DNA of 64,000 nt from the IMG/VR virus record IMGVR_UViG_3300042566_001512, positions 124,001 through 188,000 of that record. One strand, given 5' to 3'. A program made the translations under genes and the position numbers. Under the pieces are notes generated by a model that was not told the origin of the DNA, did no database searches, and saw only the letters and a program-made list of their open reading frames with translations. Positions 29,206-38,817 of the stretch are shown piece after piece (within the stretch, counting starts at the first letter, position 1; the number at the start of each line of letters is the position of its first letter).

Positions 29206-31689
29206 ATGAAATACATTTACATTGAATTAAATAATTTCAAGAGAATGCCGCTGACTATAGGTGAACATTTCTCAATGGTTATAACGAATCCTATACAGAT
29301 AATTCTAGGTACAAACGGTAGCGGAAAATCCAGGCTCATAAATGAACTCACGCCTTTCCCCCCAAATTCAAACGACTATTCTAAAAACGGCAGCAAGATA
29401 ATAAAGATTGAGCATAAAAATAAAATATATACATTAAAGACCGTTTTTAGTCCAAGCACAAAACATTCTTTTCATATAGACGATCAGGAAAACCTAAACG
29501 ACGGAGGCACTCTCGGTGTTCAGGTCAGGTTAATTAAGGAGCATTTCGATTTCACACAAGAAACAAACGCCCTACTTCACGATCAAGAGTTATTCACTAA
29601 CATGTCTCCTTCCCGAAAGAAGGAATGGTTTATAGAGATATGCGAGACGGATTACAACTACGCCATTGCGCAATATAACAAATTAAAAGAGAAATATAGA
29701 GATTGCTTAGGCGCACTAAAAATAACTAAAAAACGTCTAGCGGCCGAAACTGAAAAAACTCTAAAAAACCAAGAGCAAGAAAAAATACATGAAGAAGTAA
29801 GTCAACTGCATTCTCTATTGAGTCATCTTCTAGAATACAGGAGACCTGTAGAGAACAGCACCCAGGATATAGAGACCGAAATAAATAGACTAGAGTCACA
29901 GGTGCAGAGGTCGGCAACGCAGCTAATGTCTGTTTTGTCAAAAGACACGGCATACAGCGGGTACACTCTAGAGCATTTAACTGTTTTATCAAATAGATTA
30001 AATCAATCCATCAATACCCTAAATGCTTTTCTAGACGAGTACACAAAACAATACGGCAAAAATTTAGAAAAGATAAAAATATTACAGCAAGCAGAACAAA
30101 GCACAATTTCTACATTAGAACAAGAGATAGTCGAGTTAACTAATCAAAACTCTCACGTTCTAAAAAAGATAGGTGTTTTTTGCATTGGCAGTGCATCGTC
30201 GGCTTACGAAAGTTTCCAAAATATAAAACAAATGCTTACGGAAATATGCACAAGCATACCGTCTAATAAAGATAAAAAATTCAATAATGATTCACTGAGG
30301 CGCTCCAGGGATGAGCTCGGCGCATTAAACATAAAAAAGCAAGCTGCACTAGAAAACATCTCTAGTAAACAAGCTCAGCTAAGGCATCTTTTGCTACACA
30401 AGGAAACCCAACTGGTAAGTTGCACAAAATGCAATCACAAATTTTCTCTTGTGTATAACGAGAATACGCGAATGGAACTAGAGTCATCAATACAGCTAGC
30501 CCAGGACAAATTAGATTTAATAAATGACAGTATAAAAACAACCCAAGCCTACGTCGATGAATGCCTTGAGTATTCTAGTCTCTATAGACAGTACAACCAA
30601 ATGACTACGGGTAACCCCGCACTACAGCCTTACTGGGATGACCTGAGAGAAAAGAACATAATTACAGACGATCCCAAGTCCGCTGTCCATCAACTAAACC
30701 AGTATGAGCAATTCTTAAAACTTCAAATAGAAGCTCAAAATACATCAGATAAGATAGAGAAAAAACAAAACCTTCTTAACTCCCTTAGAAACGTTGGCAC
30801 TGAGAGCCTTCAAACCCTTCTAGATGCAAATAATTATCTTTATTCTAGGGTAGATAGAACTACTGAAAAAATAAGCTGTAAGAGCCGTAAATTAGAATTG
30901 ATTAATTCTCTTATACAAAGAAAAAAGACAGTCGAAGCTATTAGTGAAAAAATAAAAACATTGTTAAATGAACATTCAGAGTGCACCGCACAATACATTG
31001 AGACCATTAGAAGAGAAATGTTAAATGCACTTATTAAGCAGCTACAATCTGAACTAGGGGCTAAGGAGCATATTTTACATCTAGCATCTAATCAAAAAAG
31101 CGTAATTGCAAACATAGAAGAACAGATCGCAGATTTAGAAGTGGATAGACAAGCCCTTAGTTTATTGATAGACCAGTTATCGCCAAATGACGGCTTAATA
31201 GCCCAGGGATTGCTGGGGTTTATAAAATCGTTTATTGGCCAGATGAATACATTAATTGATAAAGTATGGTCATATCCAATGACAATAGGGACTTGCGACG
31301 TAAAAGATGACGAATCTCTTGATTTGGACTATAGATTTCCAGTAAACCAAGGAGATGACCAAGACGGCGCACCAGACGTATCTCTTTGCTCTAAAGGAAT
31401 GAAAGAAATAATTAATCTGTCTTTTAAGATCACGGCAATGAAGTATCTAAATTTACTTGATACTCCTTTATACCTAGATGAGTTTGGTTCGGCCATGGAC
31501 GGCGGTCACCGTTCAGAGGTAATCTCTCTTATTAAGACTTTTAACGAACAAAAGACATTTAGTCAGACGTTTATAGTTAGTCACGACGTTACTCAGTATA
31601 ATTCATTACCAAATTCTGAAGTTTGCGTTATTTGCGACATCGGCGTAGTGGTCCCTAGTAAATATAACGAACACGTTACTTTTAAGTAA
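29206..31689 (+). CDS. sbcC: SbcC/Rad50-like SMC-family ATPase
   Basis: Walker A GTNGSGKS, coiled coils, CTKC zinc hook, CSKG signature, Walker B LYLDE, VSHD H-loop. Confidence 0.9.
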   Translation: MKYIYIELNNFKRMPLTIGEHFSMVITNPIQIILGTNGSGKSRLINELTPFPPNSNDYSKNGSKIIKIEHKNKIYTLKTVFSPSTKHSFHIDDQENLNDGGTLGVQVRLIKEHFDFTQETNALLHDQELFTNMSPSRKKEWFIEICETDYNYAIAQYNKLKEKYRDCLGALKITKKRLAAETEKTLKNQEQEKIHEEVSQLHSLLSHLLEYRRPVENSTQDIETEINRLESQVQRSATQLMSVLSKDTAYSGYTLEHLTVLSNRLNQSINTLNAFLDEYTKQYGKNLEKIKILQQAEQSTISTLEQEIVELTNQNSHVLKKIGVFCIGSASSAYESFQNIKQMLTEICTSIPSNKDKKFNNDSLRRSRDELGALNIKKQAALENISSKQAQLRHLLLHKETQLVSCTKCNHKFSLVYNENTRMELESSIQLAQDKLDLINDSIKTTQAYVDECLEYSSLYRQYNQMTTGNPALQPYWDDLREKNIITDDPKSAVHQLNQYEQFLKLQIEAQNTSDKIEKKQNLLNSLRNVGTESLQTLLDANNYLYSRVDRTTEKISCKSRKLELINSLIQRKKTVEAISEKIKTLLNEHSECTAQYIETIRREMLNALIKQLQSELGAKEHILHLASNQKSVIANIEEQIADLEVDRQALSLLIDQLSPNDGLIAQGLLGFIKSFIGQMNTLIDKVWSYPMTIGTCDVKDDESLDLDYRFPVNQGDDQDGAPDVSLCSKGMKEIINLSFKITAMKYLNLLDTPLYLDEFGSAMDGGHRSEVISLIKTFNEQKTFSQTFIVSHDVTQYNSLPNSEVCVICDIGVVVPSKYNEHVTFK

Positions 31690-31884
31690 TTTATTTTTAA
31701 AGCTATAAATATTTAGAATGACGGCATACGCCCCAGATATGTTCCTATGTACAGTAAAACAGAATAATAATATTTTACAATTCGTCAAAGACGAATACCT
31801 CGACGTAGTAAAACTATTCTGAATGTAAAGCTAATAGCAAAACATGATAAATATTGTTTGATTTATAAAAACGGTAAATACATG

Positions 31885-31920
31885 GCCTCTTGTGGTGGTC
31901 CTTGGACCACCACAAGAGGC
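31885..31920. repeat. Perfect 17-bp GC-rich inverted repeat
   Basis: GCCTCTTGTGGTGGTCC-TT-GGACCACCACAAGAGGC. Confidence 0.7.
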
Positions 31921-32013
31921 ATTGAATCATTGGGGTGATAATCACCCTGTACAAGAAAAGTGCCGCATTGTTTAGGATGGCATTCCTAAACAATGTGCAA
32001 TAATTAGAATATG

Positions 32014-32048
32014 TCATAATAGCCCTGGTATTACCAGGGCTATTATGA
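32014..32048. terminator. 17-bp hairpin (CATA...TATG family)
   Basis: TCATAATAGCCCTGGTA-T-TACCAGGGCTATTATGA. Confidence 0.68.
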
Positions 32049-32067
32049 TTTAAATCCTATTATATTT

Positions 32068-32113
32068 TTTCAGTCACATATACCTGACTCACATAGAAAC
32101 AATATTGTTTCTA
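32068..32113 (+). promoter_or_regulatory. 46-bp repeated element, copy 2
   Basis: TTTCAGTCACATATACCTGACTCACATAGAAACAATATTGTTTCTA; same length and ends as copies 1 and 3. Confidence 0.6.
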
Positions 32114-32709
32114 ATCCCATTCGCTAATACGGCACGAAAGGATCCACCGTGCTCAATTTCCAAAACCCTGGCACAGAACATTGTAAAAGTTATAGAGGTC
32201 ATCATTGTCGTCAAGATCATCGAGGTGATCAATCGGCAACAATGATTCACGATGACTGGTTAGTTAAATATTAGTCGAATTTAACTATACTGAACGTTAA
32301 CGTAGATGGTCTATGCTGAATAAATTCAGCATTGTTCTTTTCATTATCATCTTAATTTCAGCACTGGTGTTTTATGTAAGTCTATTCTTTTACATATACT
32401 TATAACGAAATACTAACTGTGACATCGTGTCTATACGACCCAATATGAATTTACTTCTCATCTCCATCGTAATCGTGTACCTGGTATAGGATCTCGGTAC
32501 TTGTCTTATGGCAAAAAACGAATACCGTGCCGGGCGGTACAATCTGGATTAATATATTTCATCCGTATTCTGGGCCAAAGTACCCGTCATTAACACACTA
32601 ATGCCGGTCCTCGGAGCCACGATGTGCATGATCTATCGATTGTCTTTCGGTGTGGAAGAATAAGCGGAGCCGACGCTCTTGCCTAAATAGTAACATGATT
32701 GGATAAGAG

Positions 32710-32760
32710 CACACTCCGTGGATAATTCCACGGAGTGTGTGTCTTTTTCTTTTCTTTTTC
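32710..32760 (+). terminator. Intrinsic terminator
   Basis: CACACTCCGTGGA-TAAT-TCCACGGAGTGTG followed by a T-rich tract. Confidence 0.72.
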
Positions 32761-32810
32761 AAATACAAAACATAATTTCTTAATTTTGCACAGTTATGTG
32801 TTCTTACGAT

Positions 32811-33437
32811 TTAAGGAATCGTGATGCTGTTTTTAATAAACGTTTCCAGCACTTGTATTTTTTGATATAAATCAGCCGTAATGCTTTCCAGTTGAGATAC
32901 TCGCAATCTACTGGATACATTGTTTGTAATGTTTGTTATTCGTGCCTGCTCTACTGCCGCGTGCTCTTCTTGCGTTAGTATACTGGGCTCGGCATAAACG
33001 ACTTCTTTTATCTCTGAACGAACGCCAATGTAGTTGAACACCACGTCCGATATTTCTTGTTTTAAGTCAGAAATGTCTAAATCGTCAGGTATGGCCGATA
33101 AAGATATTCCTAGCATTACAATCCTGTAAGGTACGCCATTTGCGTCAGGTATGGCTTCTATGTATATTTCAGGTACTGATATTATCTCACCAATCGCCGA
33201 TTCAAACGTAATTATTCTAACACCGGCATCGGAGTCTGAATCGAACTGGGCTTGGGTCAGGCCTGCCGGCTCATACACGTCGGAAAAGGGATCGTCTCCT
33301 TTTGCAACTAAACCATTTATAGTCTCCACTCCAATACACTGTTGTATTAGTCTAGGGTTTATTTGTGTGTCGAAAGGTGCTGTTGCCAACACGACGCCTT
33401 TCATGCCAACAGTAACGTTTATTCTTTGTACCGACAT
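32811..33437 (-). CDS. Conserved phiKZ-like hypothetical/virion protein
   Basis: 208 aa; VPEIYIEAIP..NGVPY and LSAIPDDLD segments; C-terminal coiled coil. Confidence 0.55.
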   Translation of the reverse strand: MSVQRINVTVGMKGVVLATAPFDTQINPRLIQQCIGVETINGLVAKGDDPFSDVYEPAGLTQAQFDSDSDAGVRIITFESAIGEIISVPEIYIEAIPDANGVPYRIVMLGISLSAIPDDLDISDLKQEISDVVFNYIGVRSEIKEVVYAEPSILTQEEHAAVEQARITNITNNVSSRLRVSQLESITADLYQKIQVLETFIKNSITIP

Positions 33438-33452
33438 AACTATTATAACCTT

Positions 33453-34775
33453 TTAATCGTAAAGAGGCGTAGTCAATTTACTAGATACAAGCAATTCGAT
33501 ATTCATGTATCTTGTACTAATGAAAACAATGCCGTATCTCTGTACCTTTCTATAACCGATGGGTATATCTGCATTATAGGTTAAATTCTCGGCTATCAAT
33601 ATCATTTGCGTTAGGCGAGTGAGCAGTCCCTGTGTCTGAGAAGACATCCGGTTGTAATCTACGCTGGTAGAAGAAACATTTATTATATCCGGATATATCT
33701 GAGTAATATCAAATAGATTTTCACGATTCTCGTATCCACCAATAACCAGCAGGGCCAGAGACTTATATGGGTGCGGCATTATGCTGGCGTGTGACTGCAC
33801 AAAAGATCCAGCGTAACCCGTCTCGGGTGTTAGTATGGACTTAAGATAATCTATTTCTTTGTCTGCATAAATTACCGGTGAATATATTCCCGATTGTAAA
33901 ACCATATTAGGTATTGCATAGTTGTGCCATCTAGGGAAGAATATAAATTCGGTTCTTTTAAATATATCTGGAAATATTGCTCTCCATTCAGATTCACTTC
34001 TGTTAGTGTTATTTAGAATGTATGCCGCAATTGCTTCCCTTATGACGTCGTTATCGTTCCCGTTAAGACCATATACCAAAATAGACCAGTTAGTATTTAT
34101 TAGATTTGCGCCGTTAACGGGATCTACCCAGTTAAAAGATACGCCGACCAACGCAGTCTCTGGATCGTCACCCCTGGCTACCTGAATATAGTTAAATCTT
34201 TCTGAATGTGTTACATTGCTCACCAACATCTGAACGTTGGCAGCAGTGCTAAAAAAAGAGTCTATGTTCTCAATTGGAGGGACGACTACTATCTCGTAGT
34301 TATCGTACTTCTGTCTGAAGCTTTGATCGCTAAGCCATATAGTGGTAATATTGTCTTCGTCCAGGTAGCTTCTAGTCTTCCAACTTATCCACTCTGGGAA
34401 CTGTTTGCCATTTGATGCGTTTACCAGGCTACCGCATTCCATTGAGTCGCATTCTTCTGCAAAATTGGTGGCCAACGACAATAGAAACTGTTGGGTGTTC
34501 TCTATAGTAGTACTTGCCAATTGTCTAGTGTACACCCAGTCCAATATAGAGTGACCTATAGAAACTATAGACGGTACCGGGTCTATTTCTTCGGTAACGT
34601 CACTGGTGCTGCTAAACGTATAAATAGTTATATATGAATTTAAATTAGAAGGATATACCTTCTTGTCTTTACTAAAAGTGGCACTATAGATCGATAGCTC
34701 CCCAATAGGAGCAACAACGCCACTAACGTTACTAACCAGTGTCTCTATGCTAGCAAACCCTTTTAACTGGTACAT
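33453..34775 (-). CDS. Conserved virion structural protein
   Basis: 440 aa; MYQLKGF, APIGELS, YEIVVVPPI and IFPDIFKRTEF..PRW segments recalled from phiKZ-like structural proteins. Confidence 0.6.
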   Translation of the reverse strand: MYQLKGFASIETLVSNVSGVVAPIGELSIYSATFSKDKKVYPSNLNSYITIYTFSSTSDVTEEIDPVPSIVSIGHSILDWVYTRQLASTTIENTQQFLLSLATNFAEECDSMECGSLVNASNGKQFPEWISWKTRSYLDEDNITTIWLSDQSFRQKYDNYEIVVVPPIENIDSFFSTAANVQMLVSNVTHSERFNYIQVARGDDPETALVGVSFNWVDPVNGANLINTNWSILVYGLNGNDNDVIREAIAAYILNNTNRSESEWRAIFPDIFKRTEFIFFPRWHNYAIPNMVLQSGIYSPVIYADKEIDYLKSILTPETGYAGSFVQSHASIMPHPYKSLALLVIGGYENRENLFDITQIYPDIINVSSTSVDYNRMSSQTQGLLTRLTQMILIAENLTYNADIPIGYRKVQRYGIVFISTRYMNIELLVSSKLTTPLYD

Positions 34776-34909
34776 GTCCGCGTTTCCTTTTAAAATTAAA
34801 AATGTTATGTTTTAACGTAAACCTTTTTATGTAAAAAGGTAACCATAAAATGGTCAGCTGGTTTGCCCTATTAAGGTTTTAGAAAGATTAAAGAAAGGAC
34901 TATTCATAA

Positions 34910-35335
34910 ATGAGCGCAATAATCACAACAATAAAAATAATTATGTTTTTGTTTCCCTTTTTAAAAGAGTTATTTATTGGCAAAGGCACCCCTTCAGCAA
35001 AAAAGGCTAAAATGGGCTCTTTTGAGAAACTAATGAAGTTGTCTGTTATAGCAATAGGTTGCTTTTCCGTAGCACTAAACGTTTATTTGGCGGGCAGGGT
35101 GTACGGCTTGAGTAAAGAAAACTTAAATTTTCAAAAACAAATAAAAGAATTTTCCTCAAAAGTCATCGATTGCCCTAAGCACCATGACGTAATAAAAGCA
35201 CCTATGGCAAATACCTCACCAATAGAGAACAAAAGACCGGAACGTGACGAACGTCACTTTAGAAGAGGCGCTGCTTTGCCACCGGATAGAGAAACGTATA
35301 TTAAAGAATTAGAAAGAATAAACAACATACGTTGA
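34910..35335 (+). CDS. Membrane-anchored hypothetical protein
   Basis: 141 aa with a TM helix followed by a short coiled coil. Confidence 0.55.
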   Translation: MSAIITTIKIIMFLFPFLKELFIGKGTPSAKKAKMGSFEKLMKLSVIAIGCFSVALNVYLAGRVYGLSKENLNFQKQIKEFSSKVIDCPKHHDVIKAPMANTSPIENKRPERDERHFRRGAALPPDRETYIKELERINNIR

Positions 35336-35363
35336 TTTAAATATCAGTTTCAAAGACACCACC

Positions 35364-35717
35364 ATGAAAACAAATACCTCTATAGTGATTTGCTTGTTTC
35401 TATTATCTGGTTGCAGCAACATGGGCAACAGTAGTTCTACTACGCAAAACTTTTATAACACCGAATATGTAAGCAATGAATATATTACGATCGGGGAACA
35501 AAAGGAATGCAGGATGTACGTTCCTCTTGACTACACTTTAACTCCAGATATACCGATATTAAAGATTAGACAAGCGGCAGATAAAAGCGACGCCGAAGTA
35601 ATTTTAGAACTTACTAAATACTTGAAAGAACTAAGAGAATATATAGCCAAGGAAAAGAGAGAACAAAAAGCTCATTATCAGAATTATATAGACGCATGTT
35701 TGTCTGAAGTAAAATGA
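35364..35717 (+). CDS. Lipoprotein
   Basis: Signal peptide with lipobox LSGC; two further Cys and a helical C-terminus. Confidence 0.65.
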   Translation: MKTNTSIVICLFLLSGCSNMGNSSSTTQNFYNTEYVSNEYITIGEQKECRMYVPLDYTLTPDIPILKIRQAADKSDAEVILELTKYLKELREYIAKEKREQKAHYQNYIDACLSEVK

Positions 35718-35776
35718 TAAACTCGCAAAGATGGTTTGTAATGAAACCAATTTTTTAACAGTTCAAAAAGACAAAC

Positions 35777-37255
35777 ATGGCCAGTAAAGCAAAAGCTTCA
35801 AATACAAAACAACCCGCCATTGTAGAATCTCCAGTGGGCGCAGTGGTCTACACTGATGGAGGCTGCCGGCCGTCAAAGGGATTTGGCGGTTGGGGTATGC
35901 ACGGATACGTATACAGCGATCAGTCACCTAAAAAGGGTTCTGGTAACGCAAGGCAATATCTGACAGATTTGGGTTATTTACCTAAATCGGAAAACGAAAA
36001 ACCAACAGAGATCAAGCCAATTAGCTACATTGAGGGATACGGTTCTTTCTCTCATGAGGTTACTAACAATATCGCTGAAATAACGGCGGCAGCTAAAGCC
36101 GCGGAATATCTGTGTAAATACGATCTAAAAAAGGTAAACATTCTAACAGACAGTGAACAGGTTATCAAGGCCTCCACCAGTTGGATAGACGTGTGGAAGA
36201 GCAACAACTGGATTAAGTCCGACGGAATGCCCGTAGCTAACCGGGACCATTGGGAGTTTTTGGATAAAAATATCCAAGCCCTTAAAGATAAAGGGACCGA
36301 AGTGTGCTTTAAATGGGTAAGAGGGCACAACGGTAACGACGGAAACGAAAGAGCTGATCAGTTGGCCACCATGGGAGTAATAAACTCCATAGAGGGCTCG
36401 CATCGTAACGAAATAGACCAGCAGCCGGCCGACGGGTACTGGTCACAATCTCACGATAGAAATAGGTTCATAACCCACCGATCCCTATATTTTATCTCTA
36501 GAAGAGAAACCGTCGTACCTGGCGAGTACTATATGGGCAATCACGGGAAAAACGACGAGCTGCTGGCCAAGAGAGCCGCCGATGGCTGCTACGCCTACGT
36601 TAAGGTAAAAACTCCGGACCCGGTAATAGAGATGGCACGTGAGCGCCAAATAAAAGCATGTGAAGGAAATGAGCACATTTTTATTTTAAAGCTTTCTAAA
36701 CTTTTTTCACAGGAAGTTTATAACGACATGATGAAGTGGGGTGAGGCGTGTTTGTATAAAAAGAACACAAACCCCAAGCAGCGCGGGTATTTGAATCTTT
36801 ACTACCTAGACAAAGAAGTAGTTACGGAACAACTGAGTCCGCCGTTGATAGCTATACGGGCCATTGAATCGGTGAACGTGCTAAAGGGTCTTCTTTTGGC
36901 ATGGGAGTCAAAAGATCCAAACATTAACTGCACTGACGTTACTGATTATTTCTATGAAACTGACGATAAGAAGAACAATAAACTAAAGGAGATGTTTATT
37001 TCCGGTTTTATTGGTCTGAGAGTTAAAGTGGACAATTTTACAGGTCAAAAGGACGAAGTCGAACTCACGCTGGGTATCGATATACCGGAGCGAAATACTC
37101 TAAAGCGCCTGGAGAAAGACAAGCCAAAAATGACCGTTATTACTTGGAAAGAATCGGCCGAAATGTACAGATACGCAACTATAATTCAATGCAAAGAAGA
37201 CATTGGCATCTGGGCCGGCATGTATTCTAATTTCAAGATAGTGACTGTGAAATAA
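35777..37255 (+). CDS. rnhA: Ribonuclease HI with large C-terminal extension (phiKZ gp155-like)
   Basis: YTDGGC, TNNIAEI, LTDSEQV, VANRDHW and KWVRGHNGNDGNERADQLA motifs. Confidence 0.9.
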   Translation: MASKAKASNTKQPAIVESPVGAVVYTDGGCRPSKGFGGWGMHGYVYSDQSPKKGSGNARQYLTDLGYLPKSENEKPTEIKPISYIEGYGSFSHEVTNNIAEITAAAKAAEYLCKYDLKKVNILTDSEQVIKASTSWIDVWKSNNWIKSDGMPVANRDHWEFLDKNIQALKDKGTEVCFKWVRGHNGNDGNERADQLATMGVINSIEGSHRNEIDQQPADGYWSQSHDRNRFITHRSLYFISRRETVVPGEYYMGNHGKNDELLAKRAADGCYAYVKVKTPDPVIEMARERQIKACEGNEHIFILKLSKLFSQEVYNDMMKWGEACLYKKNTNPKQRGYLNLYYLDKEVVTEQLSPPLIAIRAIESVNVLKGLLLAWESKDPNINCTDVTDYFYETDDKKNNKLKEMFISGFIGLRVKVDNFTGQKDEVELTLGIDIPERNTLKRLEKDKPKMTVITWKESAEMYRYATIIQCKEDIGIWAGMYSNFKIVTVK

Positions 37256-37329
37256 TAATGTAGTCTAGTATATTAGACTGACAAAAAACAAGACGACTTT
37301 TATCGTAATCTAGTTAACAGGAATACAAA

Positions 37330-37758
37330 GTGAATCGCACAAATGCCACCACAGACAACCGAGCAATACAATACATAGTTAATAGACTACCGTCTCACCT
37401 AAAGCGCATCATTTTCCTAGCCAGTATCACTGCCGTAGCAAAGAACTTAAAAGAACCCGACGACGAGTTCATAGGTAAGCTTAATGATTTAATGCAATTA
37501 TCGAACACCGGAAACAACGCACTTAAATTACCAATTTACATTAACAAACTAATCTGGAGTCACAGGGAGTGCATTCAAGAAGAGCTAAACGTGCTCACTA
37601 GTTCCACCTGCGACCCGCAATCCCGTCAACATTGCGTAGACAGAATAAACAGCTTCACCCCTTCCTGGCTTAAATACGCCGACCAAGACACAATCATCGG
37701 AGACCTCAATAGATTGTTTCAAAAGGAAAACAGTCTATTTACTCACACTACAGTATAA
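37330..37758 (+). CDS. Hypothetical protein
   Basis: 142 aa, AGGA RBS before GTG. Confidence 0.6.
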   Translation: MNRTNATTDNRAIQYIVNRLPSHLKRIIFLASITAVAKNLKEPDDEFIGKLNDLMQLSNTGNNALKLPIYINKLIWSHRECIQEELNVLTSSTCDPQSRQHCVDRINSFTPSWLKYADQDTIIGDLNRLFQKENSLFTHTTV

Positions 37759-37768
37759 AAACACTCAG

Positions 37769-37801
37769 CATATAGCCCCGGATTTTTTCCGGGGCTATAT
37801 G
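37769..37801. terminator. 14-bp hairpin between convergent genes (CATA...TATG family)
   Basis: CATATAGCCCCGGA-TTTTT-TCCGGGGCTATATG. Confidence 0.72.
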
Positions 37802-37804
37802 GCA

Positions 37805-38653
37805 TCAACCGAATATTTCAGTAATTTTATTTACCGTATTATCAATTGCTGAGCTTAGTCCCAGCGCGCGATAGTAGGTATTGCTAAAGTATTCCATTTC
37901 CTTTGCCACCTGATAAGCGCCTAAGGACAGCCTTTCTGCGGCTTCCGGTCTGGTCTTGGCTCCGTTTCTTTTTATGTTGTCTGCTATTAAAGCTAGATAA
38001 TTAACGCAATGATCTATCTCTTTCTTAAGGGCGTTTCTGTCCACAGATTGAAAGTTATCTATCACTGCTTTTTGCTTCAGTATCACATCCGACCAGTCCG
38101 AATTACGTTGTACTACCTCACCAACCGCGGTTTCGGTTTTGTATGAATCGGCTTTATATAGCGAAGTAAATTTTTCTATTCTTTTGTCTCGTGCTTCTTC
38201 GAGTTTTGAATATTCGAATCTTTTTGATTCTGCTGATAGTGCGGTGTCAGCGTTCGAAAGAAAGCTAGCCAGATATAGGGAGTAAGGAGAAACAACATGT
38301 GCATATAAACCTTTGGCGTATTCGCTGGACTCCAATAGAGCATCTAGCATTGTTAAATATGTGCAATTCATGCCCTCAGGCTTGTAAGCACGCAACTGAC
38401 GAACCTCTGTAAAGGGTATATTGTTTACTAAATCCAGAAATTTCTTGTTTTCTTTGGTAAAAGGCGTTGCCTGTGCGCTGGTATGAAAACCTCGCAATTG
38501 TAAATAATCGCCAGTGTTTCTAAACGCGTTAAAAATATTATTAACAAACAAACCGAAATCACCAACAAAGCCCTCTTGGGCTATTGACTCGATGCTCAGT
38601 TGTCTGCTTAGTATACTCAGGGTAGAGATATCTACTTCTCTGCTTTTTGTCAT
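37805..38653 (-). CDS. Internal head (ejection) protein, phiKZ gp153-like
   Basis: Helical 282 aa; N-terminal SIE/AQE prohead-protease-type sites (LSIESIAQEGF); position between RNase H and UvsX. Confidence 0.55.
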   Translation of the reverse strand: MTKSREVDISTLSILSRQLSIESIAQEGFVGDFGLFVNNIFNAFRNTGDYLQLRGFHTSAQATPFTKENKKFLDLVNNIPFTEVRQLRAYKPEGMNCTYLTMLDALLESSEYAKGLYAHVVSPYSLYLASFLSNADTALSAESKRFEYSKLEEARDKRIEKFTSLYKADSYKTETAVGEVVQRNSDWSDVILKQKAVIDNFQSVDRNALKKEIDHCVNYLALIADNIKRNGAKTRPEAAERLSLGAYQVAKEMEYFSNTYYRALGLSSAIDNTVNKITEIFG

Positions 38654-38817
38654 ATATGTTTTCCTTTCACAGAACGCTTGATTTTTAATTGAGTTTTTAA
38701 ACCGCTAGCACAGACACACCATTTATGAAAGAAGCCCTTTATTGCTCTGTAAAAATATAGTTACGTGTGATAGTTTGTAAGAGAATCCCATTTAACTAAA
38801 AGAAAGTCAACCCTATC

